Shown piece by piece: positions 26,468-37,599 of a DNA stretch of 64,000 bases (positions are counted from its first letter, which is position 1; every line of letters starts with the position of its first letter). The notes beneath the pieces were generated by a model. The model searched no databases, was not told the DNA's origin, and was given only the letters and a program-made list of their open reading frames with translations. The translations under genes and the position numbers were made by a program. This DNA is from Xylographa opegraphella. Its lineage: Eukaryota. The stretch is taken from positions 1 to 64,000 of the forward strand of contig JALDZX010000069.1 in NCBI GenBank assembly GCA_022813865.1, read 5' to 3'.

Positions 26468-26887
26468 ATGTCCCGCTCCTTCTCTGACCGAATCGCCCGC
26501 CTCCGCCTTCCCCTCGCCCCCCTCCTCTCCATCACGACCGGTATCGCGCACCCGGCCTTCCCCCCCACCTTGCTACATTACCACCTGCTAACGGAGGCAG
26601 CGCTGGACGAGCTAGCGCACCACTACCACCAACGCACACCCGAGCTAGCCTCGTTCATGTACCCAGCCCCGGTGGTCAACCGCTGGGACTGCGCTGCGGA
26701 CATCGAGTGCAAGCGGCGGTGGTGGGGCCGCTTCGTAGGGCTGCGGGGGTGCGAGAGCCCGGTGGAGGGAGCGAGTGAGAGCAGGGACCGCACACAGGAG
26801 GAGTGGGATCGATGGGTGAGGGAGAGGGTGGAGGAGAGCGTGAGAGAGGAGAAGGCGCGGGAAACGAGGATGAAGGGGCCGCTGTGA
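26468..26887 (+). CDS. Conserved small fungal hypothetical protein
   Basis: TTGIAHPAFPPTLLHYHLLTEAALDELAHHYHQ...RRWWGRFVGLRGCESP resembles a Pezizomycotina family of unknown function; ATG in ACCATG context. Confidence 0.7.
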   Translation: MSRSFSDRIARLRLPLAPLLSITTGIAHPAFPPTLLHYHLLTEAALDELAHHYHQRTPELASFMYPAPVVNRWDCAADIECKRRWWGRFVGLRGCESPVEGASESRDRTQEEWDRWVRERVEESVREEKARETRMKGPL

Positions 26888-27039
26888 AGGGGGTGATCAT
26901 GATCGCGAAATGAGTGGCGGGGGGTGTGTGTTGTATGCATAGCTTAGCTGACAGTGGTTTGGTAAATAAAATCATTTTGGATTATTTTCTCTCTGATGGC
27001 TAAATACTCGTTTCCGACTCGCTTAGGTTCTCCAGATCC

Positions 27040-30000
27040 TCATTCCTCCTCGTCGTCTTCCTCGTCTTCGTCCATGCCCTCCGCCGCCTCCACGGTGAAC
27101 GTGGGGTCCTGGTCCACGCCCACGTAGCTGTCTGACATCAGGTATAGGGTGAGCTCATGCTTTCCCGGCGTAGGCACCACGTATTCCAGCCGGAGGTCCA
27201 GCTTCCGTCCGATCGTGACCTTCTTGATAGCTAACAAGCTATTGTTTGCCCCACCAACGACAAGCCACCAGTTCTCCATCTTTTTTACAGGATAAAAAGG
27301 TGCGTGCACCGAGATATCCGGCTCGCCCTCCTCGTCGTCGTCCATCTCACGCTCGAGCTTAACTTTGAGGTACGCCGGCGAGCCGGCTGTGACCTCGCCC
27401 TCTTCGACTTCGAATTCGAGGTCGATATTGGGGTACTTGTTGTTTGTGAAGGCGGCAGCTTGGGCGAGCTGTTTGTTGTCAAGGCCAGTGCGTTTGACGA
27501 GTGAGGCGGATTTCTTCTCGGACATGGCTTCCATGAATTCGAATATGTCTTTGACGCCCTCAGCATTGACGGCGGTGATGACTTCGGGGGAGAAGTGCGG
27601 GATCTGTTTGAGGGGACTGTCACGGTCCCACATGGCCTGAACCACCATCTGGGACATTTCCATGGCGCTCATTGCGTTAAGGTGTCCTTCAGAAGAAAGG
27701 ACGTCGACGCATCCGCTTAGGAGATTCAGAACTTTGATAAGAATGATCTCTTGATCTTTTGCCAGGTCGACAGGTAGCTGCATTCTGGAGAAGTGAGCTT
27801 GCAGTAAGACAAACGCCTTGAAGTGGGGCGATTCAAAAGCTGGTTGAGCCATCTTTACAGGCAGTCGATCGTAAATCCTCCGTAGCATGTGGTCTTCGTG
27901 CCTTCGAATCTGGATGGTCTCGAACTCGGTAGCTGATGTAACAATTTCGAGTATTCCTTTGAGCTTTGTACGACCGGTCAAAGAAAGTAGGAATGTTTGC
28001 ATAGTGATGAAGGAAATATTGTAGTATGCAGCTATCATTGCTGCATTCTGAGGCGTCACCGTGTCATCCTCCTCGTCCATTTCGATCAACTTTGCTTCAG
28101 TAAGATCCTTAAGGCTATTTTCGACCAGCTCCGAGAGGTGCGTGCTAAGTCCTTCATGCGAGCCATCGACCAAACCATAATAGCTTGGATTCGCTAGGAG
28201 CCTGCGGTAGAAATAGGTATAGGTGGCCCAGTCAACAGCGTCTTGAGTTGAAACTATCATCTTTGTGCTGATTTCCGACACGAATGCATCATGCAGGTAT
28301 ACCTGCAGATGGCTTTCTATGGGCAAAGCCTCGTTCAAAAACTTTTTGTAGTATTCACGTTTAACGGCAGGAACCATCAAGACACCTCGACTCAACTTTT
28401 CGTCCATTGGAAGGTTTGCCTTTCCAAACATCTGGAGGATCTCGCTGATCGGATAGTCTATATAACGATGTTCTCGTCCCTCGAAGAATTGGGTGCCCAT
28501 GACAATGACAAGATAAGCCGAGCAGCTGAGTTCCCAGCAGACATCTCGTGATGCTACCATAACCTGGATAGCGCCAATAGAGTAAAGATGCGACACGATA
28601 CGCTTATCGCTGGTGCTGAGAGCCTCGTGGAAGTAGCCGATGCCGTGCGAAATTGATTCGGCTAACGCGCGTTCGTGTATGCGTTGAAGCAGAGGCGCGA
28701 TCTCGTCCACACTGGCATGAAGAAATCTATCTTCGTCATCATCGGCTATGCACGCCGAAAGCAAATCGAGTGCAGTATGACGGGCTTGTTTTCTGCTTGG
28801 AACGAAGACAATCACGGGCTTGTTCTGAGACATCTGGAGGATTGCTGAATATGTAGGTTTCGCCATAGCCAGCATAAGAGACGGAAAGTGAGGGATAGTG
28901 AAAGATTGGATGTGGAGCTCGAGCGGGACCGAACGGACATGGGGGCTGAAGTTGTAGATTGTGTGCCTGTTGGCTCCGATCCATTCGCCAAGATCCCTCG
29001 CATTCGAGAGCGAGACGCTTAAGCCCACTATGCGCATGCTGTTGTCCGTCTGCAATGCGATATAGTGCATTCGAGAGACTATTATCTCATAGATAAATCC
29101 TCCGTGGCCACCGAGCATATGGAGCTCATCCGCAATAAACAATTGCACCGTCTGGACATTTTTACGGCGTTGCCATTGTCTAGATAGGACATCCCATTGA
29201 GAAGGGGTTGCAAGAATAAGGTCACCCTTCTCAAGAGTCTTTAGGTCCGCAGTTGTTTCACCGCTAAGCTTGACAATCGTCTTGCCTAAGGGAACGAGCC
29301 TTTTCTCCCAGTCTGCATATCTCTGATCTACCAATTCCTGGAACGGAGCCACGTATATTGCTCGTCCTTTCGCACCCGAGGCCCAGTGCCTAAGCAGCGC
29401 AAACTCTGCGCAAACAGTCTTTCCGCTACCGGTTGATGCTCCCACAAAAACATTGTCATCAGTGGTGAAGAGGGAATTGAAAGTCTGTGTTTGAATCTTG
29501 TTAAACGATGTCCATTCAGGGTACAAGGTTTGGTAGTCTTTGCGCTTGAGAGCAGCAACTGGAAGTGGCTGTAAATCTAAGAGTGGTGTATGTGGCGGAA
29601 ATCTTTCAGGAAGAACCAATTTCTGAAAGGAAACCGCAAGCTTAGTCTCTGAATGCATCCAACGGTCGGAGAGAAGTGTGATAAAGTAGTTCGGAGGCAT
29701 AGGCTCAGTAATTGGGACAGTGAATTCGACAAGATGTTCTGCCATTTCTGATTGAGCATACGACCGTCGTAATAAGAATTGATCATGAAACAAGATGTCC
29801 TCCCCATCACAATCCTCAACAATCACCCAGAAATTCTCTGCTCCTCCATGTAACGCTTCGTTCCACTCGAATGTCGGTGTGATTGTCAATTCAACCCGAA
29901 GCATAGACCTTGTCATTGGTTGCACTTGGGCCTGAACCTCCAGTCTAGGAAACATGGATACCAGGTTACAGACCGTCTTGCCTGCTTTCGGCATTCCTAG

Positions 30001-33000
30001 AAGTTCGCCCATCCGCGGAGGGTCGAGATCGAAATAATTTGACCAAGGCACATCTATCCTCTCAGCTTTCTGGATGATGTCTCTCGGACAACTGGGGAAC
30101 TGCCGAAGTGGTGTCATCGTTGGCCACATTCGCTTCTCTGCCATCTTGCAGAGATCCAAGGCTGTCTTTGCTACGGACGCCCATCCTTTTTTCAATGATA
30201 TCTCAAACATAGCACGTAAAATACGGCCGGCGGATTGCGTCACATAAACGAGATCAGCCATAAGTGCAAGACCTTCCAGTTTCAAGCGAGAAATGTAGGC
30301 TTGTAGGAGCACGTTAATCTTTGCGTGAGGTTCTTCGATACTTTCCTTCACAGGAATTGGTACTCGACCAAGAAGCTTCGCCAGTTCCAGCTTTTCATCC
30401 TGTCGGACGGGAATATATTTAAATTCATCACTGAGAGCAAATACTCGGAAGAGCTCTATAGGTGTGATCATGGGTTGAATGTGATGATTGTAGGTCAACA
30501 TCGAGTTGTGTGTAATGTAATAATGAGAAGCGATCCTTCCAAGTTCGGTAGACTGAAGCTTTCCGGTCTTCTTGTCATACTTGATCAGACTTGACTTTTC
30601 GAGTACGATGGCAGCTGAATGGATCAAGTCCACCCGTTTTTGCTCCAAAGCATGGTCATTCTCGTACTCAGGTCCAACACTATACAAGCCTGGCGAGCGC
30701 AGCATTCGAACGAAAAGATAGGTATAACCTAGCCATTCAACACCCTCGTCGCGACTCCGAACATTGCCGAGTACAACTTCGGCGTTGAGGTTGTCGGCAA
30801 GTTTGCTGACGAATTGACTTTCTATAGGAAGCTGCTGGTTGAGCAAAGAGAGGTAGTACTGAATTTCTGCCTGTGTAGTGATAATAATACCTTCACCAAA
30901 CTGATCATACTGGGGTCTTCCAGCACGGCCAAGCATCTGAAGGACATCCTGTGGGCTGAGCTCAACCCAGCTGCCCTTTTCCGGAGAGTAGATTTGAGTT
31001 CCCTTTATTATTACGGTATGTGCAGGAAGATTGACACCCCAAGCAAGAGTAGCTGTGCAGACAAGCACCTGAATCATACCGTCTGTGAAAAGATCCTCCA
31101 CTGATGTTCGATCCGCGCGTGTCATACCGGCATGATGAATACCGAAACCATATGGCAGTAAATCTTTGAGATCTCTATCTGCAACCCCATCGGCTTCCTC
31201 AGTAAGCACTTCTCTGCTAGCAGCGTCACTTCGGAGTATCTGGCCAATGGTCTCCATTTCCAGGGCTTTGTCTCGAATGTACTTGGCCGTCTTCGCTGTC
31301 TCCTTCCGTGAGTGGACGAAGATCAGCATTTGCTGCTTGTTAGTACCAACTTGCTCGAGTACTTTCGTATAGCAAACATCGTTCATGATCTTGAGCTGTT
31401 TTATCGCCTTCTTGTCAGTGACACCGATGAACTCTTGCCGCAACGGACATGGTCGATATGATCCATCGAAATGGAAGAGCCCCATGAGCGGATCGACACG
31501 TAGAAAGCTGGCTACATCTCGATAGTTGGGAAGGGTAGCGCTAAGGCCAATCAATCGTACCGGGTCACCAGTCTGCTCGATTTTTCGTATGGTTCTGCTT
31601 ATAATGCTTTCAAGCACTGGACCTCTGTCATCGTGCAACAAATGAATCTCATCAATGACAATCAGCCGCACAAGATTGGTATAGCTCATATCTGTGGCTT
31701 TCCGAGTTATAACGTCCCACTTTTCTGGTGTCGTGACAATGATCTGAGTATCAGCAATTTGCTTCTTGGTGAGCTGCCGATCACCGGTGAGTTCGGATAC
31801 TTTGATACCGTATGATGCAAGTCGTTTACCGAAATTACCAACCTGCTCTTGCACAAGGGCCTTTAGAGGAGCAATATAAACAATCTTGAAATCGTCAAGG
31901 GCAATCTCGCCGGTTTCTGGGTTGCGATGTTTGCCGATCTCTCTCAGCATTGCAAGCATAGCAACATTGGTCTTGCCTGATCCTGTTGGAGCACATATAA
32001 GCATGTTGCCATCATCCTGAAATGCTGATGGATAGCACTTTGTTTGAATACGATTCAATCTAGACGAGGATCCAAATCCTGGACGGGCCCAATCCGGCAG
32101 CTCGGACGCAGACATATCAGGACGGTCATCAGAATCTTTATGGCGTTTAGGCGCTGGAACATGGATCTCTTCGTAGCCCTTGAAGGTCCGTTTCGTCGAA
32201 CCTTGCGGTAGCTTGACATTCGGGTTTGTCATAAGGTGATTGCCCTGTTCGAAGACGAGATTTTCTAGATTGACTAAACGTTTTGGTTGAAGACCACCAA
32301 CAAGAGAACCATCCTTTGCTGCATCTTGTGCTTGATCATTATTAAGACCTGACGGGACATCAATGTCCATCAGATCAAGCTTAAGCTTCTTTGTTTCTTG
32401 CGTGGAAGATCCATCTCCTTGTCGGCCCTGCAACTCATCTAGCATGTCACGATGTCCTTCAGATACCATCTCGCGCTCTACTTCCGCTCTTGCATCAACA
32501 TCCTCTGCAGCTCTTCGCCAGCGTGTTATCCAGACAACTTTGTCTCTATTCATGATAAGCTTTTCCACCAGCTCATGGTGCTCATAGTCGAAAAGCTCCA
32601 TCAGATCGTTCTCAATCTCGCGTAGGGGTCTTTGCTCCCCATCATCCGATACTCCAGCAAGAATTTGTAGACCTTGCCGAGTTTTGGTCTGCTGTATATG
32701 TGCATCATCGTAAAGAGACCCTATCTGCCGTTGTAACCAATATGCGTCTATCTCGTGCACTGGTATAGTTTTATTCCGTGCTTTTGAGTCTCGCTTCGTG
32801 GAGGCGGCGTCCATGTTTCCGTCTATGACCATCTCCTCGTCCTCGGCCTCAACTGACTTAGACTTGTCATCCGACTGGCCGTTTACCCCGACATCTAGAC
32901 CCTGATCTTCATCTTGAGCCTCCTCGTCTGAAGACGGCTCATCTTCATCTCTGATCTCTTTATTTCTAGCAACACCATCTTCGTCCTCGTCCTCATCGGA

Positions 33001-33690
33001 TTCATCGAAGACGACCGCGACTCCTTGTCTCTCGTCCAGCTCAGCACCACCCTCAGTTCCGAGGACCCCATCTCCATCAAGGACGTCATCTTCGTCTTGA
33101 GCGTCGTAGTCTGTAATCTTCTTGCCGAGATTTACAAGTTCGTTGAATTCTTTCGCACTCATTGATGTGGCAAGAAGATCGTCTATCTCCTTCTTCTTAT
33201 CAAAATCCTTCATATTCTCATCCTTGAGAAACTCTAAAACGGCATCAGCCGCACTTCGAACGACTTCGTGAGGAACATCGCCAAGATTATTGGCTGTTGT
33301 TGTAAGAATCAAATCATAGGTCTGACGTGTCGCTGGAGTTCTTGGTCGATAACGCAAACCCTCTACATTCGCGTCTGCCGCGGACAGAGTTCCTCGCGAG
33401 GATGCTGGGTCTCCCCGTTTCCTCTTCCTCTCACGCTCCAACACGTCCTCGCCTTCGCGTATACTACCACGCTGAACATCCTTGGGTCCTATATTCTTCT
33501 TCTGTTTTTGTTTAACATCCTCTCGTGTGCCCCTGGAGCCCATGTCTCTGATATTGATACGGCCAGCCAGTGACTCAGGGTCCCCCGTAACCTCATCATT
33601 TCTTCTCGTGACAAAACGACGATCAGCCTGGAGAACCAGGTTGGACATCGCCGAGTACTTGTACTGCGAGACATTGTTGGGGTCCGCCAT
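27040..33690 (-). CDS. BRR2: U5 snRNP pre-mRNA splicing helicase Brr2 (SNRNP200)
   Basis: Intronless, about 2216 aa; N-terminal QYKYSAMSNLVLQADRRF; tandem Ski2 helicase cassettes (APTGSGKT/DEIH; ASTGSGKT/DELH) and Sec63 domains. Confidence 0.98.
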   Translation of the reverse strand: MADPNNVSQYKYSAMSNLVLQADRRFVTRRNDEVTGDPESLAGRINIRDMGSRGTREDVKQKQKKNIGPKDVQRGSIREGEDVLERERKRKRGDPASSRGTLSAADANVEGLRYRPRTPATRQTYDLILTTTANNLGDVPHEVVRSAADAVLEFLKDENMKDFDKKKEIDDLLATSMSAKEFNELVNLGKKITDYDAQDEDDVLDGDGVLGTEGGAELDERQGVAVVFDESDEDEDEDGVARNKEIRDEDEPSSDEEAQDEDQGLDVGVNGQSDDKSKSVEAEDEEMVIDGNMDAASTKRDSKARNKTIPVHEIDAYWLQRQIGSLYDDAHIQQTKTRQGLQILAGVSDDGEQRPLREIENDLMELFDYEHHELVEKLIMNRDKVVWITRWRRAAEDVDARAEVEREMVSEGHRDMLDELQGRQGDGSSTQETKKLKLDLMDIDVPSGLNNDQAQDAAKDGSLVGGLQPKRLVNLENLVFEQGNHLMTNPNVKLPQGSTKRTFKGYEEIHVPAPKRHKDSDDRPDMSASELPDWARPGFGSSSRLNRIQTKCYPSAFQDDGNMLICAPTGSGKTNVAMLAMLREIGKHRNPETGEIALDDFKIVYIAPLKALVQEQVGNFGKRLASYGIKVSELTGDRQLTKKQIADTQIIVTTPEKWDVITRKATDMSYTNLVRLIVIDEIHLLHDDRGPVLESIISRTIRKIEQTGDPVRLIGLSATLPNYRDVASFLRVDPLMGLFHFDGSYRPCPLRQEFIGVTDKKAIKQLKIMNDVCYTKVLEQVGTNKQQMLIFVHSRKETAKTAKYIRDKALEMETIGQILRSDAASREVLTEEADGVADRDLKDLLPYGFGIHHAGMTRADRTSVEDLFTDGMIQVLVCTATLAWGVNLPAHTVIIKGTQIYSPEKGSWVELSPQDVLQMLGRAGRPQYDQFGEGIIITTQAEIQYYLSLLNQQLPIESQFVSKLADNLNAEVVLGNVRSRDEGVEWLGYTYLFVRMLRSPGLYSVGPEYENDHALEQKRVDLIHSAAIVLEKSSLIKYDKKTGKLQSTELGRIASHYYITHNSMLTYNHHIQPMITPIELFRVFALSDEFKYIPVRQDEKLELAKLLGRVPIPVKESIEEPHAKINVLLQAYISRLKLEGLALMADLVYVTQSAGRILRAMFEISLKKGWASVAKTALDLCKMAEKRMWPTMTPLRQFPSCPRDIIQKAERIDVPWSNYFDLDPPRMGELLGMPKAGKTVCNLVSMFPRLEVQAQVQPMTRSMLRVELTITPTFEWNEALHGGAENFWVIVEDCDGEDILFHDQFLLRRSYAQSEMAEHLVEFTVPITEPMPPNYFITLLSDRWMHSETKLAVSFQKLVLPERFPPHTPLLDLQPLPVAALKRKDYQTLYPEWTSFNKIQTQTFNSLFTTDDNVFVGASTGSGKTVCAEFALLRHWASGAKGRAIYVAPFQELVDQRYADWEKRLVPLGKTIVKLSGETTADLKTLEKGDLILATPSQWDVLSRQWQRRKNVQTVQLFIADELHMLGGHGGFIYEIIVSRMHYIALQTDNSMRIVGLSVSLSNARDLGEWIGANRHTIYNFSPHVRSVPLELHIQSFTIPHFPSLMLAMAKPTYSAILQMSQNKPVIVFVPSRKQARHTALDLLSACIADDDEDRFLHASVDEIAPLLQRIHERALAESISHGIGYFHEALSTSDKRIVSHLYSIGAIQVMVASRDVCWELSCSAYLVIVMGTQFFEGREHRYIDYPISEILQMFGKANLPMDEKLSRGVLMVPAVKREYYKKFLNEALPIESHLQVYLHDAFVSEISTKMIVSTQDAVDWATYTYFYRRLLANPSYYGLVDGSHEGLSTHLSELVENSLKDLTEAKLIEMDEEDDTVTPQNAAMIAAYYNISFITMQTFLLSLTGRTKLKGILEIVTSATEFETIQIRRHEDHMLRRIYDRLPVKMAQPAFESPHFKAFVLLQAHFSRMQLPVDLAKDQEIILIKVLNLLSGCVDVLSSEGHLNAMSAMEMSQMVVQAMWDRDSPLKQIPHFSPEVITAVNAEGVKDIFEFMEAMSEKKSASLVKRTGLDNKQLAQAAAFTNNKYPNIDLEFEVEEGEVTAGSPAYLKVKLEREMDDDEEGEPDISVHAPFYPVKKMENWWLVVGGANNSLLAIKKVTIGRKLDLRLEYVVPTPGKHELTLYLMSDSYVGVDQDPTFTVEAAEGMDEDEEDDEEE

Positions 33691-34130
33691 GCTGGGCTGG
33701 TAGCAGTAAAGATTGCCGGGGTGGCGTGCAGAGGTTGCGGGACAGACGAAGCTTTGAGTTTGATGCTTGCGCATAAATTACTTGCACAGACCAACGCTTG
33801 TGATTGGTCAGCCATGCCGCGAAAGTCACGACCGGAGCTTGCGCTTTAGTTTCGAGATCGCATTATTGCCCAGAAAGAATTTGAACCACAAATTTCCAGG
33901 AATGTAAGCTATAGGGTATCAAGGCCTGATGCTTTGCGAGTGCAGCGTTTAATCCTTATCCCTCAAAGGATAGAATAGTTCAGCGGTAGGCGCTGGCGTA
34001 CTCGTATTCAATACAAGACTCATCATCATAATCATCATCATAGTCTGGCGATTTTTCTTGAGTATTACATGTGGCTCTTGTAATAATATTATTAACTACT
34101 ACCTAATCTAGGCGGTAACGAGGACAATGC

Positions 34131-34904
34131 TCAAGCAAAGCGTCGTTCGAACTCTCTATAAAGTCGGGGCGTGATTTCGTCACTGCTGTTCCCTTCGACG
34201 GTCCACAAGACTCCCTTCTTATGATAGTGGTCCAATAATGGTTGACTCGTCTCATCAAATTTCCTAAGCCGCTGTTTCCAAGTGTCCTCGTCGTCATCTG
34301 GTCTCTTGGTAAGTGGTTCCCCTGTCGCATCGTCCTTCCCTTCCACTTTTGGCGCATTAAAGTCTGTGTTGTAAACTCTGCCACTAGGCGCATGGACCCA
34401 GCGAGAGGCGATCCGGGATAGGATTATATTGACAGGAGTGATCAGAGACACGACAAGATTGACTGGAATGACCGCGTCGAGTCTGGACGCCTGCGCCGCG
34501 GTTCGGGGGAACCCATCTAGGATAAAAGACGCATCTGGCTCATCTGACGGCTCAGCGGGAAGTGCGTCGCTAACAGAGGTCTTAAGCGGAACCCAACGCT
34601 TAGCTTTCAACTCGTTCAGGATAAGCTTAAGAATCATGTCGTCCGGAACAAGGTTGCCTGCTCTCATAGTACTTTCGGCTTCGATACCTGCGCAAGCGTT
34701 AGATCTGGTGCTTTACGTGTACATAAAGAGAAACAAACCTAGGGGAGACTTGTTCCGGACGCTTGTGCGAAGAAGATCTCCAGAACTGACAGCGGAGATC
34801 TGAGGAAACCTCTTCATTAGACGCTCCGCTTGAGTTCCCTTGCCCACCCCCGGAGCTCCCACTAGAATAACACGCGCGGCTCTCCTGAGCTTAGATGTAG
34901 CCAT
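34131..34904 (-). CDS. ADK2: Mitochondrial GTP:AMP phosphotransferase (adenylate kinase 3-type)
   Basis: GAPGVGKGTQ P-loop, SSGDLLR, FILDGFPRT, RWVHAPSGRVYN LID; one intron about 34738-34689. Confidence 0.92.
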
Positions 34905-35365
34905 ATGAGGGGGAATAAATTTGACAGAGACGAGAGCGGGAGAGGAAAGTCGAGATACTGGATTGAGAAGAGGGACTGTCCTCCTAGGTGGTGGAGAAGC
35001 TCGTAGCTTCAGGAAATGAGAACTAATGCATTGTAGTATGTGAAGCGACAACCGCACTATATACACAAAACCTGCGTACAAGAGCGTCGGCGAGACGGGG
35101 ATGCCGTAGCTGAGGATGAACGTTAGAGAGGGGGGGGGGTGTTCCTTCTGATCTCCGTCCCGATGTCAGCCCTACATCGCAAACAAATTCGCCGGGTAGT
35201 GCCATGAACCTCCGTTATGCCACTTTCTAGTAGTAACAATGTTAGCAATCGTTTGACTGCTTAATTAGTGACAATTCTATCAAATATTTTGAACATCTCA
35301 CGAGTTGTTAGACAGTATACGCTTCCGAAGCTCTCGAAGTCTGCATTCTCGCGACTTCCGCAGCC

Positions 35366-37097
35366 ATGAGTGCAGCAGCCAGATTTGCTAGACATGTCTC
35401 ACCAAGAGCTTATGTCCTGTATGGGGGTTAGTAGTAGGCGTGTATATGTAACAATATCACTAATCAGCAGACCAGGGAACCTGTCCTTGAGAGCTACATC
35501 CACAACTGCCAATCTTTTACACGAATCCACCAGGCACCTGCCTCCCCATCTGCGGGTTCTCGCCGTTCTACTCCCTCGTCGTACCTATGCCACTGAAACT
35601 TCAACTCCAAGTAGCGGGGGTCCGTCCTTCCCGCCGCCAGGATTCAATGCAGAACAAGCCAAGAAACCATTACAGCAAAACGATTCAAAGAAGTTGGCCA
35701 GTGCAGAAAAGGCGCACACCGATTTCTCATCAGTCCTCGCAGATATCAAGGAAGAAATCGAGCACACCGGAGCGAGTGGAGTGTCAAAGACGAAGGCTAT
35801 GGCCAATCAGAGTTTAGCGGAGGTCTCAGCAGGCAAAGCCACCTCTGTTCAGGAAGAAGGAGCGAAACCAGCCGAAGCGAAGCAGAAATCAACATTGTGG
35901 CAAAAGGTCAAGAAAGAAGCGACGCACTACTGGGACGGTACGAAGCTGCTTGCGACCGAAGTCAGAATCAGTAGCAAACTTGCCCTGAAGATGGCTGCCG
36001 GGTATGAGCTCAGTCGGAGAGAACATCGACAGCTACAGCGAACTACACAGGACCTTGGTCGACTGGTCCCATTCTCTGTCTTTGTGATCGTACCTTTTGC
36101 CGAGCTTCTGCTCCCGGTGGCGTTGAGGCTTTTCCCTAACCTCCTACCGAGCACATACGAAGGCCAGAAATCAAAAGACAAGAAAGCTACCGACCTCCGC
36201 GCCACCAGAAAAGAGGTTAGCAACTTCTTGCGCAACACTCTGAAGGAAAGTGGCCTTCCCGTCAGTGCTGTGAATGCACAAAGAGAAGAGTTTGCCGAAT
36301 TCTTCCGAAAGGTACGAGCCACGGGAGAATCGCCCACTCAAGCGGACGTAATCAAAGTGTGCAAGATTTTCAAAGATGATCTCACCCTTGATAATCTCTC
36401 GCGTCCTCAACTGGTTGGCATGTGCAGATACATGAATCTGAACACTTTCGGAACAGACACACTACTTCGCTACCAGATCAGACATAGAATGAGGCAAATC
36501 AAGCGCGATGACCGTGCCATCTCTTACGAAGGCGTCGACAGCCTCTCCGTTCCTGAACTCCAAATGGCCTGCGCCTCGCGCGGTCTCCGCACGCACGGAA
36601 TGAGCCCTGGACGCCTACGGGATGATCTTCAAATGTGGCTGGACCTCCGTTTGAAATACGGAGTTCCCTCTACACTCCTCGTCATGAGCAATGCGTTCAT
36701 GTACACGCAAGGCAAAGACTCCGAGATCGCTTCGCAGATCGACTCCTTGCAAGCCGTGCTCTCCTCCATCCCTGAGGAATTATTCCACGAGATCGAGCTG
36801 GAAGTGCACAATGCCGAAGGCGCTGCGACGAACAAGCAGAGGCTGGAGGTGCTGAAGGAACAGCAAGAGCTTATTGAAGAGGAGAATGAGCAGAGTAGCG
36901 AGAATGGCGAGAGTGGAAGAGAGACGCCGAAGGATGATGAGGATATTGATGAGAAGGAGGAGAAGAAGGCGGATGCGAAGGCGTCCGAGTCAGAAGGTCA
37001 GGCTGCAGAGGCAGCGGAGGCGGAGAAGGATGCTGAGGACATAGGGAAGGCGGAAAACGGGAGGGGTGAGAGGGTGGAGAAAAAGGAATCAAAGTAG
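35366..37097 (+). CDS. MDM38: LETM1-family mitochondrial inner membrane protein (Mdm38/Ylh47)
   Basis: Presequence-like MSAAARFARH exon, intron 35419-35470, HYWDGTKLL, RLVPFSVFVIVPFAELLLPVALRLFPNLLPSTYE. Confidence 0.93.
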
Positions 37098-37599
37098 TGG
37101 CATACTCCAGTGGAGGTTAGGGTATACGACACCATGAGCGGAAACGTGATAGGTTCCGCTCACACAGATAAATAGCATCGGGACGGCGCAAATAGAACTT
37201 CGATGATGAAATACTGTGGCAAGGACCATAGTTCGAAGCTCTCGTGACCGATATCGAAGAAGTGTATGTAGGACACATTGTTTGACTAAAGCGGAGGGTG
37301 GGATGCATGGCGTGATAGGATTGTACTTGCGGAGAGATGAGATGAGAATGGACCAGGAATCTTTATGGACAAAAGGTGTTGGAAAGAGCGAGCCGGTATG
37401 TAGGAGTTCACTGTGGACGAGTGGTGAAAATAATACACAATCCTAACTTATCACAAGGTTCGATGAGTCAATGTGAAAATCAAATGCATTAATGCAAAAA
37501 CTAGGCTAAACTCGCAAAGCAATCGCAGCATGTGCGCAAACGACCTCCAACCTCCCCTGGTTAGAGCAGGCTACAAATTGTGCCTGTGCACGTAGATGA

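Noticed and set aside
33691..33774. Upstream in-frame ATG extending BRR2 by 28 aa
   Set aside because: The recognisable Brr2 N-terminus begins at 33690; the extension shows no feature.
35370..35470. ORF-track N-terminus of MDM38
   Set aside because: Reads through intron 35419-35470; ATG 35366 gives a better presequence.
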